Shown piece after piece: positions 13,380 to 26,012 of a stretch of DNA of 64,000 nt; positions within the stretch are counted from its first letter, which is position 1, and every line of letters starts with the position of its first letter. The notes under the pieces were generated by a model. That model was not told the origin of the DNA. It ran no database searches and saw only the letters and a list, made by a program, of their open reading frames with translations. The translations under genes and the position numbers were made by a program. Origin of the DNA: Pristiophorus japonicus. Taxonomy: Eukaryota. Where the stretch lies: NCBI RefSeq assembly GCF_044704955.1, contig NC_091984.1, positions 147,684,001-147,748,000 of the forward strand, in the 5' to 3' direction.

Positions 13380-13665
13380 ATATAAATGCAAGTTGTTGTT
13401 GTGTTCAGGGGCCGCTGTATCTGGCTCAGGCTTCTTATCCATCCCCCCCTTCCCTTCCCCCTCCATTGGGGGCCTCCCTCAGCTGACTGGGCCCTAACTC
13501 CCTGCTCCCTAAACCTCTCTGCCACTCCACCCCTCTCCTCTTTTAAGACCTCCCTTCAAACCCAATCTGTGACTGAGCGTTTTGTTCAAACCTCCCAGCT
13601 CCTCCCTCTTTGGCTCAGCACCACTTTGATCAGATTACGCCTCTTTCAGCTGCCTTGGGATGTTG
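13380..13665 (+). mobile_element. Degraded L2 3'-end remnants
   Basis: tataaatgcaagttgttgtt tail and ctctcctcttttaagacctccctt motif shared with the L2 at 43119-43789. Confidence 0.55.
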
Positions 13666-13688
13666 TTCTAATGTTCCAGTTTCTATAG

Positions 13689-13937
13689 CAATGCCGGTTG
13701 TTGCTGTTGTACCTGGCAACAGAGCGTCTGTGTGTGGATATACCCCATGCACCGAGCTCCACGGTGAGGCCTCCCACAGTGGAATGGCCTGCCGATGCTC
13801 GCTGCAGTGCAGAGTGGCTGCTGACCTGCCAATCGGTCTGAGACACCGCCTCACGAGCGGACGAGGAGATACACGCTGAGATCCACCATCAAATGACACG
13901 TGGGGAACTGGAAATGATTCTGCAAACCTGACTGGAG
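13689..13937 (+). pseudogene. Candidate 249-bp phase 0/0 pseudo-exon of an unidentified host gene (left-arm copy)
   Basis: ctatag| acceptor and gag|gt donor; reads QCRLLLLYLATERLC...EEIHAEIHHQMTRGELEMILQT*LE with two TGA stops; paralogue at 46793-47041. Confidence 0.5.
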
Positions 13938-15258
13938 GTTTGGTACAAATGGGTTTTACAAACCAATCAACTGAGTGATACAGAAATTGTCAAAAAATGT
14001 GGTCTTTTCAGAACCAACATGGCCCTCTTTTGGTATGAAGACAGCACTGCCAATTTCCCTCACAATTTGACTGAGCTGCAATTTTCAATGTCTCCTTACG
14101 TGGCTCGCTGTCAATCTTTATTTTATAACTGTGATGCTCATAATAAATGTTCAGACCGAGTACTGTGTGTCATGAGCAAGTGTGACCTTAGCTCCTTTAT
14201 TGTAGTTCCAGAATGCAGGTACTTCGTGGGTGGCCTGCTTATAGACTGTAATCCCAAGGGATGCTGGGATCCCTTGGAACTCCAACAGGTCGGCACTCTG
14301 GTGACAGGTCTGATGCAGGTTACAAGGTTACAAGGGGTTAAATACATGACATCCCTCCCCCGTGAAGTCAACAATACACTTATTTACAAGGTGAGACGAT
14401 CTGGGGCTCTGCGCTCCCTTGTCGATCGTCTCGGTACAAATGTTGATATGATTGGGTTGATCAGTTCTTCATTGGACTGTTGGGCAGCCGGCCTTGCCGA
14501 GCTGCTGGTGATGACGAGTTCTGTTTCCTGGTCAACTGTGATGTCAGTTGCCACTTGTGTGTGTGTTGGAAGGTCAAAGTTGGTAGCGTCCTCTTGAGGT
14601 TGTCCGTAGCTGTTGGTGAACCGCAGTTTAATTTGGTCCAAGTGTTTTCTGTGCATTTGTCCATTGGTCACTTTGACCTCAAACACCCTACTCCCCTCTT
14701 TGGCTGTGATCGTGCCAGCAAGCCATTTGGGACCATGTCCAAAATTGAGCATAAACGCAGGATCATTGATCTCAATATCGCGTGACAAGTTTCCGAGGTC
14801 ATGATACACACTCTGTTGATGCCGCTTGTCCTCCATGTGATCATGTAGATCAGGGTGGACCAGAGAGAGCCTTGTTTTAAGCGCCCTTTTCATGAGCAGC
14901 TCGGCTGGGGGAATCCCTGTGAGTGAGTGGGGTCTGGTGCGGTAGCTGAGCAGTACTCGGACAACCGGTTCGGTAGGGAGCCTTCCGACACGTGTTTCAA
15001 GCTTTGCTTGATGGTCTGAACTGCCCGTTCTGCCTGGCCGTTGGATGCAGGCTTCAACGGCAGAGATGTGACATGTTTGATCCTGTTGCGGGTCATGAAT
15101 TCTTTGAATACGGCACGAGTGAAGCATGGCCCATTGTCGCTGACTAGGACATTGGGCAGGCTTTGCGTGGCAAACATAGCTCTTAGACTTTCAATGGTGG
15201 CCGTGGACGTGCTTCCAGACATTACTGCACAATCAATCCATTTTGTGTAAGCATCCAC

Positions 15259-18200
15259 TGTCATATATGTAACCTTCATGTAACTGTAACCTTCATGTAA
15301 TAACACTGCATACTATATATACCTAAGAAATGCACACCTTGACCACAGGGGGTGAACTTGTGGGAGACACTCCTCATCTGGTCCTCCAGGTATATAAAAG
15401 GAGGTCCCATGCAGGGTCATCACTTCTTGGTCCTGTGAATAAAGGTTCAGGTCACAGAGTGACCTTGTCTGCAGAATGTGCCTCATGTGAATTTATATTT
15501 GTGTGTAAGGACATTACATTTGGCGAAGAGAAACAGGAATCAACGACTCACGAGAATGGCCACCAGTAGCACAGAGAAACGGTACTGTGTTGGTGAGGAC
15601 TGGGACGATTTCATTAAGAGGCTCCAGCAGAGCTTTGTCACAAAGGTCTGGCTGGGAGATGCAGCGGCTGACAAGCAAAGTGCGCATCTACTGACCAGCT
15701 GTGGACCTAAGACTTACGCGCTGATGAAAGATATGCTCGCACCCGAGAAGCCGGCGGACAAAACCTTTGAAGAGCTCAGCAAACTGATCAGTGAGCACCT
15801 CAAACCGGCGAGCAGTATACACATGGCCCGACACCGATTCTATACACACCGACGTTGGGAAGGACAGAGCATACTTGACTTCGTTGCAGACTTTCGGTAC
15901 TCGGCCAGCCTCTGTAAGTTCACAGATGCCTACAGGAGGGAGATGTTAAGGGATTTCTTTATTGAGGGCATTGGTCATGTCGGGATTTTCAGAAAGCTAA
16001 TTGAGACCAAGGACTTGACCTTGGAAGCGGTGGCGTTCATGGCTCAGACCTTCATGGCAGGGGAAGAGGAAACCAAGACAATATACGCGCGCAACTCTGT
16101 TTCCAACGTGGCAATGGATCAGGGAGTTAACATTGTAAACGCGACTCAGAATCCCGCAGGCATGCAAGGGCAATTCGACACCACTCAGGCAGCAACAGAC
16201 TCGAGAGTGGGTCCTCAACCGAGATAATGGCAGGTTGAATGGACATTTACGCCATCACGGTGGACAATGGGTCGAGGGATGGGGCCATTGACACACACTA
16301 ACAGAGTGCTCAAGAGTAATCAAAGAGATAATCAGAGAGGAATGCCTGGCAACAGCCCTTTTGTTCACAACAATCTCAGCTCATAGAAACATAGAAACAT
16401 AGAAAATAGGTGCAAGAGTAGGCCATTCATCCCTTCTAGCCTGCACCGCCATTCAATGAGTTCATGGCTGAACATGTAACTTCAGTACCCCATTCCTGCT
16501 TTCTCGCCATACCCCTTGATCCCCCTAGTAGTAAGGACTTCATCAAACTCCTTTTTGAATATATTTAGTGAATTGGCCTCAACAACTTTCTGGGGTAGAG
16601 AATTCCACAGGTTCACCACTCTCTGGGTGAAGAAGTTTCTCCTCATCTCGGTCCTAAATGGCTTACCCCTTATCCTTAGACTGTGACCCCTGGTTCTGGA
16701 CTTCCCCAACATTGGGAACATTCTTCCTGCATCTAACCTGTCTAAACCCATCAGAATTTTAAACGTTCCTATGAGGTCCCCTCTCATTCTTCTGAACTCC
16801 AGTGAATACAAGCCCAGTTGATCCAGTCTTTCTTGATAGGTCAGTCCCGCCATCCTGGGAATCAGTCTGGCGAACCTTTGCTGCACTCCCTCAATAGCAA
16901 GAATGTCCTTCCTCAGATTGGGAGAACAAAACTGTACACAATACTCCAGGTGTGGCTTCACCAAGACCCTGTACAACTGTAACAACACCTCCCTGCCCCT
17001 GTACTCAAATCCCCTCGCTATGCAGGCCAACATGCCATTTGCTTTCTTAACCGCCTGCTGTACCTGCATGCCAACCTTCAATGACTGATGTACCATGACA
17101 CCCAGGTCTCGTTGCACCTCCCCTTTTCCTAATCTGTCACCTTTCAGATAATAGTCTGTCTCTCTGTTTTTACCACCAAAGTGGATAACCTCACATTTAT
17201 CAACATTATACTTCATCTGCCATGGATTTCCCCACTCACCTAACCTATCCAAGTCGCTCTGCATCCTCATAGTATCCTCCTCGCAGCTCACACTGCCACC
17301 CAACTTAGTGTCATCTGCAAATTTGGAGGTACTACATTTATTCCCCTCGTCTAAATCATTAATGTACAATATAAAAAGCTGGGGCCCCAGCACAGAACCT
17401 TGCGGTACCCGACTAGTCACTGGAGGTGCGGGGGCAGACATGCTGCAAAAACCTGTAGGTTTCAACAATTTATCTGTAGAAATTGTAACTTCAGTGGACA
17501 TTTAGCCAGAATGTGCAGGAAGCCTGCAGCGAGGCTAATTTACGAGGCAGATGAGCCAGAAGAGGGGTCTGCAAGACAGGTTGATGCTTGGGACAAAGCA
17601 ATGGACGCTGAAGTTCAGCGGGTTCATGTGGCAAACATCCACAGCTCATATACCAAAACGCCAGCCATGATGATCAAAGTCCTATTAAACAGCATCCCGG
17701 TACGCATGGAGCTGGACAAAGGGGCCAGCCAGCCACTTAGGAGTGTCCAACAATTCGAGAAGTTATGGCCACTCCGAGCTAGCAGACCCAAACTAGAACG
17801 CATTGACACGCAATTCCGGATGTACACCAAAGAGATCATCCCAGTGCGAGGCAGTGCAATGTTGCTGGTCACACATAATGGATCAGAGAACCGGCTGCCA
17901 CTCTGGATTGTCCCGGAAAATGGTCCCGCGCTTTTGGGGTGGAGCTGGCTAGCCGAGATGAACTGGAAATGGTGGGATGTGCACAACATTTCATCCGTGG
18001 AGCAAAGTTCACGCTCACAGGTCCGACAGAACTTTGAGTCACTATTTCAACCCGGTGTCGGGACTTTCAAGGGTACCAAAGTCGTGTTACGCATCACCCC
18101 AGACGCCAGACCAGTGCACCACAAAGCCAGAGCTGTGCCGGATGTGATGCGATAGAAAATTGAGAGTGAGTTGTACAGGTTGCTAAGACAGTGCTTAATT

Positions 18201-21020
18201 ACGCCCGTTGAATTCAGCGACTGGGCAAGCCCCAACGTCCCTGTCCTAAAAAAGGATGGCTCGGTCAGGATCTGTGGCGACTATAAGGCCACTATCAACC
18301 GAGTGGTTCTACAAGACCAATACCCGCTTCCGAAAGCAGAGGAACTTTTTGCCACGCTGGCAGGCAGCAAGCTGTTCACCAAGTTGGACCTCACTTCAGT
18401 CTACATACCTTGGAACTGGCCAAAGAATCCAAGCTACTGACAACCATCACCACGCACAAGGGGCTGTTTGTCTACAATAGGTGTCCATTTGGCATTCGAT
18501 CAGCAGCCGCTATCTTTCAAAGGAACATGGAAAGCCTGCTCAAATCCATCCCTGGAACAACCGTATTTCATGACGACATCCTTATCACGAGTGGAGACAC
18601 CGAGGAACACCTCCACAACCTGGAGGAGGTGCTACGCCAACTGGACCGAGTAGGCCTGTGACTAAAGAAGTCCAAGTGTGTGTTTTTGGTCCCAGAGGTC
18701 GAGTTTTTGGGCAGGATGGTTGTCGCAGACCGGATCCGGCCTACCGAAACCAAAGTGGAGGTGATTCGTCGTGCGCCCAGGCCCGGCAACACATCGGAGT
18801 TGCGTGCACTTCTGGGACTCTTGAACTATTTCGGGAACTTTCTGACGAACTTAAGCACATTGTTGGAGCCGCTACACATACTCCTGTGTAAGGGTTGCGA
18901 TTGGTTTTGGGGGTCTGTCAGGAATGGGCTTTCAATCGGGCGCGGAACCTGCTTTGTTCAAATAAGCTGTTGACCCTGTACAAACCCTGTAAGAAATTGG
19001 ATTTGACATGTGATGCACCATCCTATGGGGTTGGGTGCGTGTTGCAGCAGAGTAATGATGAGGGCCAACTCCAAGCTGTGGCTCATGCCACCAGGTCGCT
19101 CTCCCAAGCAGAACGGGGATATGGGATGGTTGAAAAGGAAGCACTCGCATGTGTCTACGGGATGAAAAAGATGCACAATACCTTTTTGGCAGAAGTTAGA
19201 AATGGACCACAAGCCATTAACATCCCTGTTGTCAGACAACAAAGCTGTCAATGCCAATGAGTCAGCTCGCATACAGCGATGGGCTCTCACGCTGGCTGAA
19301 TATGACTACACCATACGGCACCGGCCAGACACCGAAAATCGCACTGACGCGCTCAGCAGGCTTCCACTGGCCACCACAGAGGGGGCAGCAGAGCAAAGTG
19401 CTGAGATGGTCATGGCTGTCGATGCCTTTGACAGCGCAGGCTCCCCCATCAAAGCCCGCCAGATCAAAATCTGGACCAACAGAGATCCCCTCCTATCCTT
19501 GATTAAGAAATGTGTCCTGCCTGGGGATTTGTCGCCCGCACATGGAGCATGCCCCGAGGAGGTCAGACCGTTTCACAGACAGATGGATGAGCTCTCCATC
19601 CAAGCCGACTACCTACTATGGGGCAGCCGGGTAGTCATGCCCCAGAGGGGCAGGGAAGCATTCATCAGGGAACTGCACAGCCATTGCCCGGTCACACATA
19701 TGGTGGCCGGGAATTGACTCGGACCTGGAACACTGTGTTCACAGGTGCACGACGTATACCCAGCTGGGCAATGCCCCCAGCGAGGCCCCACTCAGCCCGT
19801 GGCCCTTGCCCACCAGGCCATGGTCACGTATTAACCTAGACTACGCGGGCTCATTCATGGAAAAAATGTTCCTCATTGTTGTTCCTCAATGGATCGAGTG
19901 CATCATATTGAATTTGTGTACGACATCCACCACTGTGGAGAGCCTGCATGCGGTCTTAGCGATCCACGGCTTGCCGGACATTCTGGTTAGCGACAATGGC
20001 CCGTGTTTCACTCGCTATGAATTCCGGGAGTTCATGTCGCGTAATGACATCAAACATGTCAGGACAGCACCGTTCAAGCCGGCTTCCAATGGCCAGGCAG
20101 AACGTGCGGTACAAATCATAAAACAAGGCATGCTCCAGATTCAAGGACCCTCCCTTCAATGCCACCTATCGTGCCTCCTGCTGGCCTATAAATCCCGACT
20201 ACATTCGCTCACGGGAGTCCCGCCCATGGAACTACTCATGAAACGTACACTTAAAACTCGGCTGTCCTTCATTCATCCAGTCCTGTCAGACATTGTTGAG
20301 GGCAAGCGCCAGTCCCAAAATGAGTGCCATGACCGTAACTCAAAGGGGAGATGTATAGAAATCGATGACCCTGTATTTGTTCTTAATCACGCTTTGGGGC
20401 CCAAGTAGCTTGAGGGTACTGTAATTGGCAAAGAGGGGAATAGGGCCATAGTGGTCAGACTTAAAAATGGACAGATATGCCGCAAGCATGTGGACCAAGT
20501 AAAAAAAAAGGTTCAGCATGGACACTGAGGAACCTGTGGAAGATCATGAGATGTTGCCCACACCACTGCCAGTGAACGAGCAACAAGAACATTCAGCAGC
20601 ATGCACAATTCCTGTGGCCAGCCCGGACAAGCCGGAGTCACCACAGGTGACAGAGACGCATACCAAGGCTCAACAACCAGAGCCCCAACTTCGGCGCTCC
20701 ACGAGAGAACGTCGGCCCTCTGAAATACTTAATCTTTAACCCCATAAGATGTTGGAGGGAGGTGATGTCATGTATGTAACCTTCATGTAACTGTAACCTT
20801 TATGTAATAACACTGCATACTATATATACCTAAGAAATGCATAGCTTGACCACAGCGGGTGAACTTGTGGGAGACATTCCTCACCTGGTCTTCCAGGTAT
20901 ATAAAGGGAGGTCCCCCACAGGGTCATCACTTCTTGGTCCTGTGAATAAAGGTTCAGGTCACAGAATGACCTTGTCTGCAGAATGTGCCTCATGTGAATA
21001 TATATTAGTGTGCAAGGACA
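15259..21020 (+). mobile_element. Gypsy (Mag-like) LTR retrotransposon B nested in the integrase of element A
   Basis: LTRs 15259-15518 and 20766-21020 (about 16 mismatches in 255 bp by eye); TSD TCCAC; PBS tggcgaagag at 15521; PPT ggagggaggtga; gag ATG 15556, CWRCG..H/CRNC knuckles, PR DKGAS, RT FHDDIL, IN; removing it restores FLVVVDAYTKW in A. Confidence 0.96.
16382..17420 (-). mobile_element. Young 5'-truncated CR1 inserted in gag of Gypsy B
   Basis: Uninterrupted RT ORF 16482..17501 (VPQGSVLGP, FADDTKL); catagaaa tail at 16382-16405. Confidence 0.96.
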
Positions 21021-21469
21021 TCCACGACAACCAAAAACATTTTGCCTAGGAATGTGCCTGCATAGTCTACATGGATCCTCGACCACAGTTTGGATGGCCA
21101 GGACCATAAACTTAGTGGTGCCTCTCTGGGTGCATTGCTCAATGGAGAGCAAGCACTGGCATACACATGACTCTAAATCTGAGTCGATGTCTCGCCACCA
21201 CACGTGGGATCTGGCTATGGCTTTCATCATTATGATGCCTGAGTGGGTGCTGTGTAGTTCCCCAATAAATGTGTCTCTGCTTTTCTTGGGCAATACCACA
21301 GGATTGCCCCACAAGAGACAGTCCGCCTGCAGGGACAGCTCATCTTTGCATCTATGGAATGGCTTAATCGCTTCCTGCATCTCCACTGGGACACTGGACC
21401 AGTTCCCATGGAGGACACAGTTTTTTTTACCAGTGCCAGTAAAGGATCCTGGCTGGTCCAGGTCCTGAC

Positions 21470-22329
21470 TAAGGTTTGGCTAAGGTTTGGCAGATGGAAT
21501 ACAATGTCGGAAAGTGTGAGGTCATCCACCTTGGGGAAAAAAACAGTAAAAGAGAATATTATTTGAATGGGGAGAAATTACAACATGCTGAGGTGCACTG
21601 GGACCTGGGGGTCCTTGTGCATGAATCCCAAAAAGTTAGTTTTCAGGTGCAGCAGGTAATCAGGAAGGCGAATGGAATGTTGGCCTTCATTGCGAGAGGG
21701 ATGGAGTACAATAGCAGGGAGGTCCTGCTGCAACTGTATAGGGTATTGGTGAGGCCGCACCTGGAGTACTGCATGCAGTTTTGGTCACCTTACTTAAGGA
21801 AGGATATACTAGCTTTGGAGGGTGTACAGAGACGATTCACTAGGCTGATTCCGGAGATGATGGGGTTACCTTATGATGATAGATTGAGTAGACTGGGTCT
21901 TTACTCGTTGGAGTTCAGAAGGATGAGGGGTGATCTTATAGAAACATTTAAAAGAATGAAAGGGATAGACAAGATAGAGGCAGAGAGGTTGTTTCCACTG
22001 GTCGGGGAGACTAGAACTAGGGGGCACAGCCTCAAAATACGGGCCAATTTAAAACCGAGTTGAGAAGGAATTTCTTCTCCCAGAGGGTTGTGAATCTGTG
22101 GAATTCTCTGCCCAAGGAAGCAGTTGAGGCTAGCTCATTGAATGTACTCAAGTCACAGATAGTTAGATTTTTAACCAATAAGGGAATTAAGGGTTATGGG
22201 GAGCGGGCGGGTAAGTGGAGCTGAGTCCACGGCCAGATCAGTCATGATCTTGTTGAATGGCGGAGCAGGCTCGAGGGGCTAGATGGCCTTCTCCTGTTCC
22301 TAATTCTTATGTTCTTATGTTCTTATGTT
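21470..22329 (+). mobile_element. 5'-truncated CR1 (TTCTTATG-tail subfamily) inserted in pol of Gypsy A
   Basis: ORF 21476..22063 is the RT C-terminus; tail ttcttatgttcttatgttcttatg. Confidence 0.95.
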
Positions 22330-25300
22330 CTGATCTGGCGGGCCGTAATGAGGGATTTCTTATTCTCAAATGCCTCCATGACCATAAGCAAGTCCGCTGG
22401 CTGTGCCATTTCCACCCCAGTGGTGGGCAATGGTAGCCGACTGAGTGCAGTTCTCTGTGCCCGGTCTGTGGCGAATTACATCGTTGTATGCCAACAGCAT
22501 GAGCGCCCATCTTTGGATGCGGGCAGAGGCATTGGTATTTATCGTTTGCTCTCTGAGAATAGCGAAATGAGCGGCTTGTGATCTGTTTCAAGTTCGAACG
22601 TCAGGCCAAGCAAGTACTGGTGCATTTTTTTTACCCTGTAAACACATGCCAGAGCCTCTTTTTCAATCATGCTGTAGGCCCCTTCGGCCTTGGACAAACT
22701 CCTAGATGCATATGCAACCGGTTGCAAAATCCCCAATTCATTAGCCTGTTGTTACACACACCCGACCTTGTATGACGACGCATCGCAAGCTAACACTAGT
22801 CATTTACATGGGTTATACAGGACAAGCAGTTTGTTAGAACACAGTAAATTTCTGGCTTTCTTAAAAGCAGCCTCTTGTGAATTCCCCCATACCCAATCGT
22901 CTCCCCTGCGCAGTAGCGCATGCAAGGGTTCTAGTAGGGTGCTTAACCCAGGTCGGAAATTACCGAAGTAGTTCAGGAGTCCCAGAAACGACGGCAGTTC
23001 TGTGGTCACAGCGTGTTCTTGATGGCCTCCGTCTTGGCGTCGGTCGGTCTGATGCCATCTGCTGCGATCCTTCTTCCGAAGAATTCAACCTCCTGTGCCA
23101 GGAATACACACTTTGAGCGTTTCAACCTGAGCCCCACGCGATCCAACCGACTAAGAACCTCATCCATAGTGCTCCATAGTGTCCCAACCTGTAACCAATA
23201 TGTTGTCCTGGAAGACCAGTGTACAAGGAACCGACTTTAGCAGGCTTTCCATGTTTTGCTGGAAGATTGCTGCAGCCGACCGAATCCCGAACGGGCACCG
23301 GTTCTAAATGAATAGACCTTTGTGCGAGTTGATGCAGGTGGGGCCTTTTGAAGACTCCTCCAGCTCCTGCGCCATGTAGGCCGAGGTCAGGTCCAGCTTG
23401 TGACCGTCTTCCCTCCAGCAAGGTCGCAAAAGGGCGTCTGCCTTGGGTAGCGAAAAACGGTTAATTGTTACTTTATAGTCACCGCAAATTCTAACTGTAC
23501 TGTCCTCCTTGAGTATGGGAACAATCAGGCCGGCCCAGTGTTGAATCCCACCGGCGCGATGATGCCCTCACGTTACAGGTCCAGCTCGATTTCCACTTTT
23601 TCACGCTTCACCTACGGTACCGCCTGAGCCTTGTGGTGGATCGGTCGCATACCAGGAACCAAATGGATCTGCACTTGCGTCCCCGAGAAACTTCCAATGC
23701 CTGGCTCGAATAATGATGAGAACTTGCTTAGAACCTGGGTACATGCGGTGTCATCAACTGACGAAAGCGCTCGGATGTCATCCCAGTTCCAGCGGATTTT
23801 CCCCAGCCAGCTTCTGTCAAATAACGTGGGGGCATCCCCTGGCACAATCCATAGCGGGAGTTCGTGTACTGCTCCATCATAGGAGACTTTGACTTCAGCA
23901 CTGCCAATTACCGAGATTAGTTCCTTTGTATAAGTTCTTAATTTCGTGTGAATGGGGCTGAGCTTGGGCCTGTGTGCAATGGCTGCAGAACAATGGGACA
24001 CTTCAAACGAATGTGCAGGTGAGCTACAAACCCTGCAAACCCTGCAAATTACCACGTTGCAGAGGAAGATCGGTGCACAGTGGAGCAGACGGATCTGGGT
24101 GCCTTTTTCCCCCACAGCCTGTCGAAGGCTGTTTTACTCATTATGGACTGACTTGCTCCCGTGTACCGCTTCATTGACACTGGAATACCATTCAGTTCAA
24201 CTTTCAACATTACTGGTGGGCATTGCGTCGTGAACGTGTGTACCCCATACACCTCTGCCTCCTCAGTATGAGTTTCCAAATCCATTTGATTCCATCTGAT
24301 CCATCTTCCTCTGCAACGTGGTGGTTTGCAGGGTTTGCAGCTCGCCTGCACATTCGTTGGAGGTGACCCATTGTTCTGCAACCATTGAATGCATAGTGCT
24401 TAAAGCGGCATTGATGGGGCCGATGATCACCTCCACAGCACCAACAGGGTGTTAACTGCCTCGCATTAACAGATGATGACGGATTCTGGGTCAATTGAGG
24501 TCAGGCCACAGCAGCCAGTGTGCACATTCTGCCATTTACATTTCTGCTCAAAACCGACGTTACTTTATGCACAGTACTGGCCAAAACTTCTTTGTTCTGC
24601 GAAATCTGCTTGGTGTTGTCGCTGGTGGACATAAATGCTTAGGCTATCGTTCTGGTTTTATTCAGATTCGCAGTTTCTACAGTCAACAAGCTTGAGAAGG
24701 ATTGTCTCATGTCCAATGCCCACCACAAAAAAGTCTCTGAGCATTTGTTCTCGGAATGCCTCAAACTCACAATGTTCTGCAAGGTGCCTTAGTTCGGTGA
24801 CGTAACTTGCCACTTCCTGGTCTGCCGATCGTTGACGCGTGTAGAACCGATATCTCACCATCAAAAGGCTTTCCTTAGGATTTTGGTGCTCCTGGACCAG
24901 CGTACACAGTTCTTCATAGGATTTATCTGTTGGTTTAGCCGGGGCCAGGATATTCTTCATGAGGCCATAGGTAGTGGCCCTACAGACGGTTAGGAGGATC
25001 GCCCTTCGTTTGGTCACGTTCTCGTCCCCTTCCAGCTTGTTGGCTAAGAAGTATTGGTCGAGTCTCTCCACATAGTCCTCCCTACCATCCCTCTCCGAGA
25101 ACTTCTCCAGGATGCCAACTGTTCTTTGCATTTGCGCGCGGTTCGTTATCTCGTCACCAATTGTTGTGCTCAGAATAAATGCTCAGACCGATTACTGTGT
25201 GTAATGAGCAAGTGTGGCCTTAGCTCCTTTATTGTAGTTCCAGAGTGCAGGTACCTCGTGGGTGGCCTGCTTATATACTGTACTGCCAAGGGATGCTGGG

Positions 25301-25483
25301 ATCCCTTGGGACTCCAACAAGCTGGCCCTCTGGTGGGCAGGTGTGAAGCAGGTTACAATGTTAAAAGGGGTTAAATACATAACAACAATGCTCCTGTGAA
25401 GCACTCGGGGAGTTTTACTGTGTTAAAGGTGCTGTATAAAAGTTGCTGTTGTTGTTTGTTCTGAGTTAGCTGTTCCAACTGAG

Positions 25484-26012
25484 GTCGGGATATGACTCAC
25501 AGCTCAGACTGTGCGGCATCCAGTGATGCAATGTTGTATCGTGGGTTCAAGCCCCACTCCAGGGACCTGAGTGCAAAATAAAGACATACACTACTGTGCA
25601 GTCCTGAGGGAGTGCTGCACTGTCAGAGGGGCAGTACTGAGGGAGTGCTGCTCTGTCGCAGGAGCAGTACTGAGGGAGTGCCGCACTGTCAGAGGGGCAG
25701 TTCTGAGGGAGTGCTGCACTGTCAGAGGGGCAGTACTGAGGGAGTGCTGCATTGTCAGAGAGGCAGTACTGAGGGAGTGCTGCACTGTCGCAGGAGCAGT
25801 ACCGAGGGAGTGCCGCACTGTCAGAGGGGCAGTTCTGAGGGAGTGCTGCACTGTCAGAGGGGCAGTGCTGAGGGAGTGCTGCATTGTCAGAGAGGCAGTA
25901 CTGAGGGAGTGCTGCACCGTTCGAGGGGCAGTCCTGAGGGAGTGCTGCACTGTCGGAAGAGCAGTACTGAGGAAGTGCTGCACTTTCGGAGGGGCAGTAC
26001 TGAGGGGTTGCC
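25484..26012 (+). repeat. SINE head followed by about 13 tandem copies of a 33-bp SINE-body unit (GCAGTACTGAGGGAGTGCTGCACTGTCAGAGGG)
   Basis: gggttcaagccccactccag B-box, then the 33-bp array; inverted copy at 46044-46520. Confidence 0.9.

Larger units (their letters stand above)
14130..25384 (-). mobile_element. Gypsy (Mag/K02A2.6-like) LTR retrotransposon A, full-length but decayed; left arm only
   Basis: LTRs 14130-14351 and 25162-25384 (TG...CA); PBS TGGTGACGAG; PPT GGGGGAGGGA; degenerate TSD ataac/acaat; gag from 25131, then PR, RT, RNH, IN (SDNGPCF, ASNGQAERAVQT). Confidence 0.95.

Noticed and set aside
16482-17501. 339-aa intact RT ORF as a functional gene
   Set aside because: 5'-truncated CR1; its N-terminus is antisense Gypsy gag sequence
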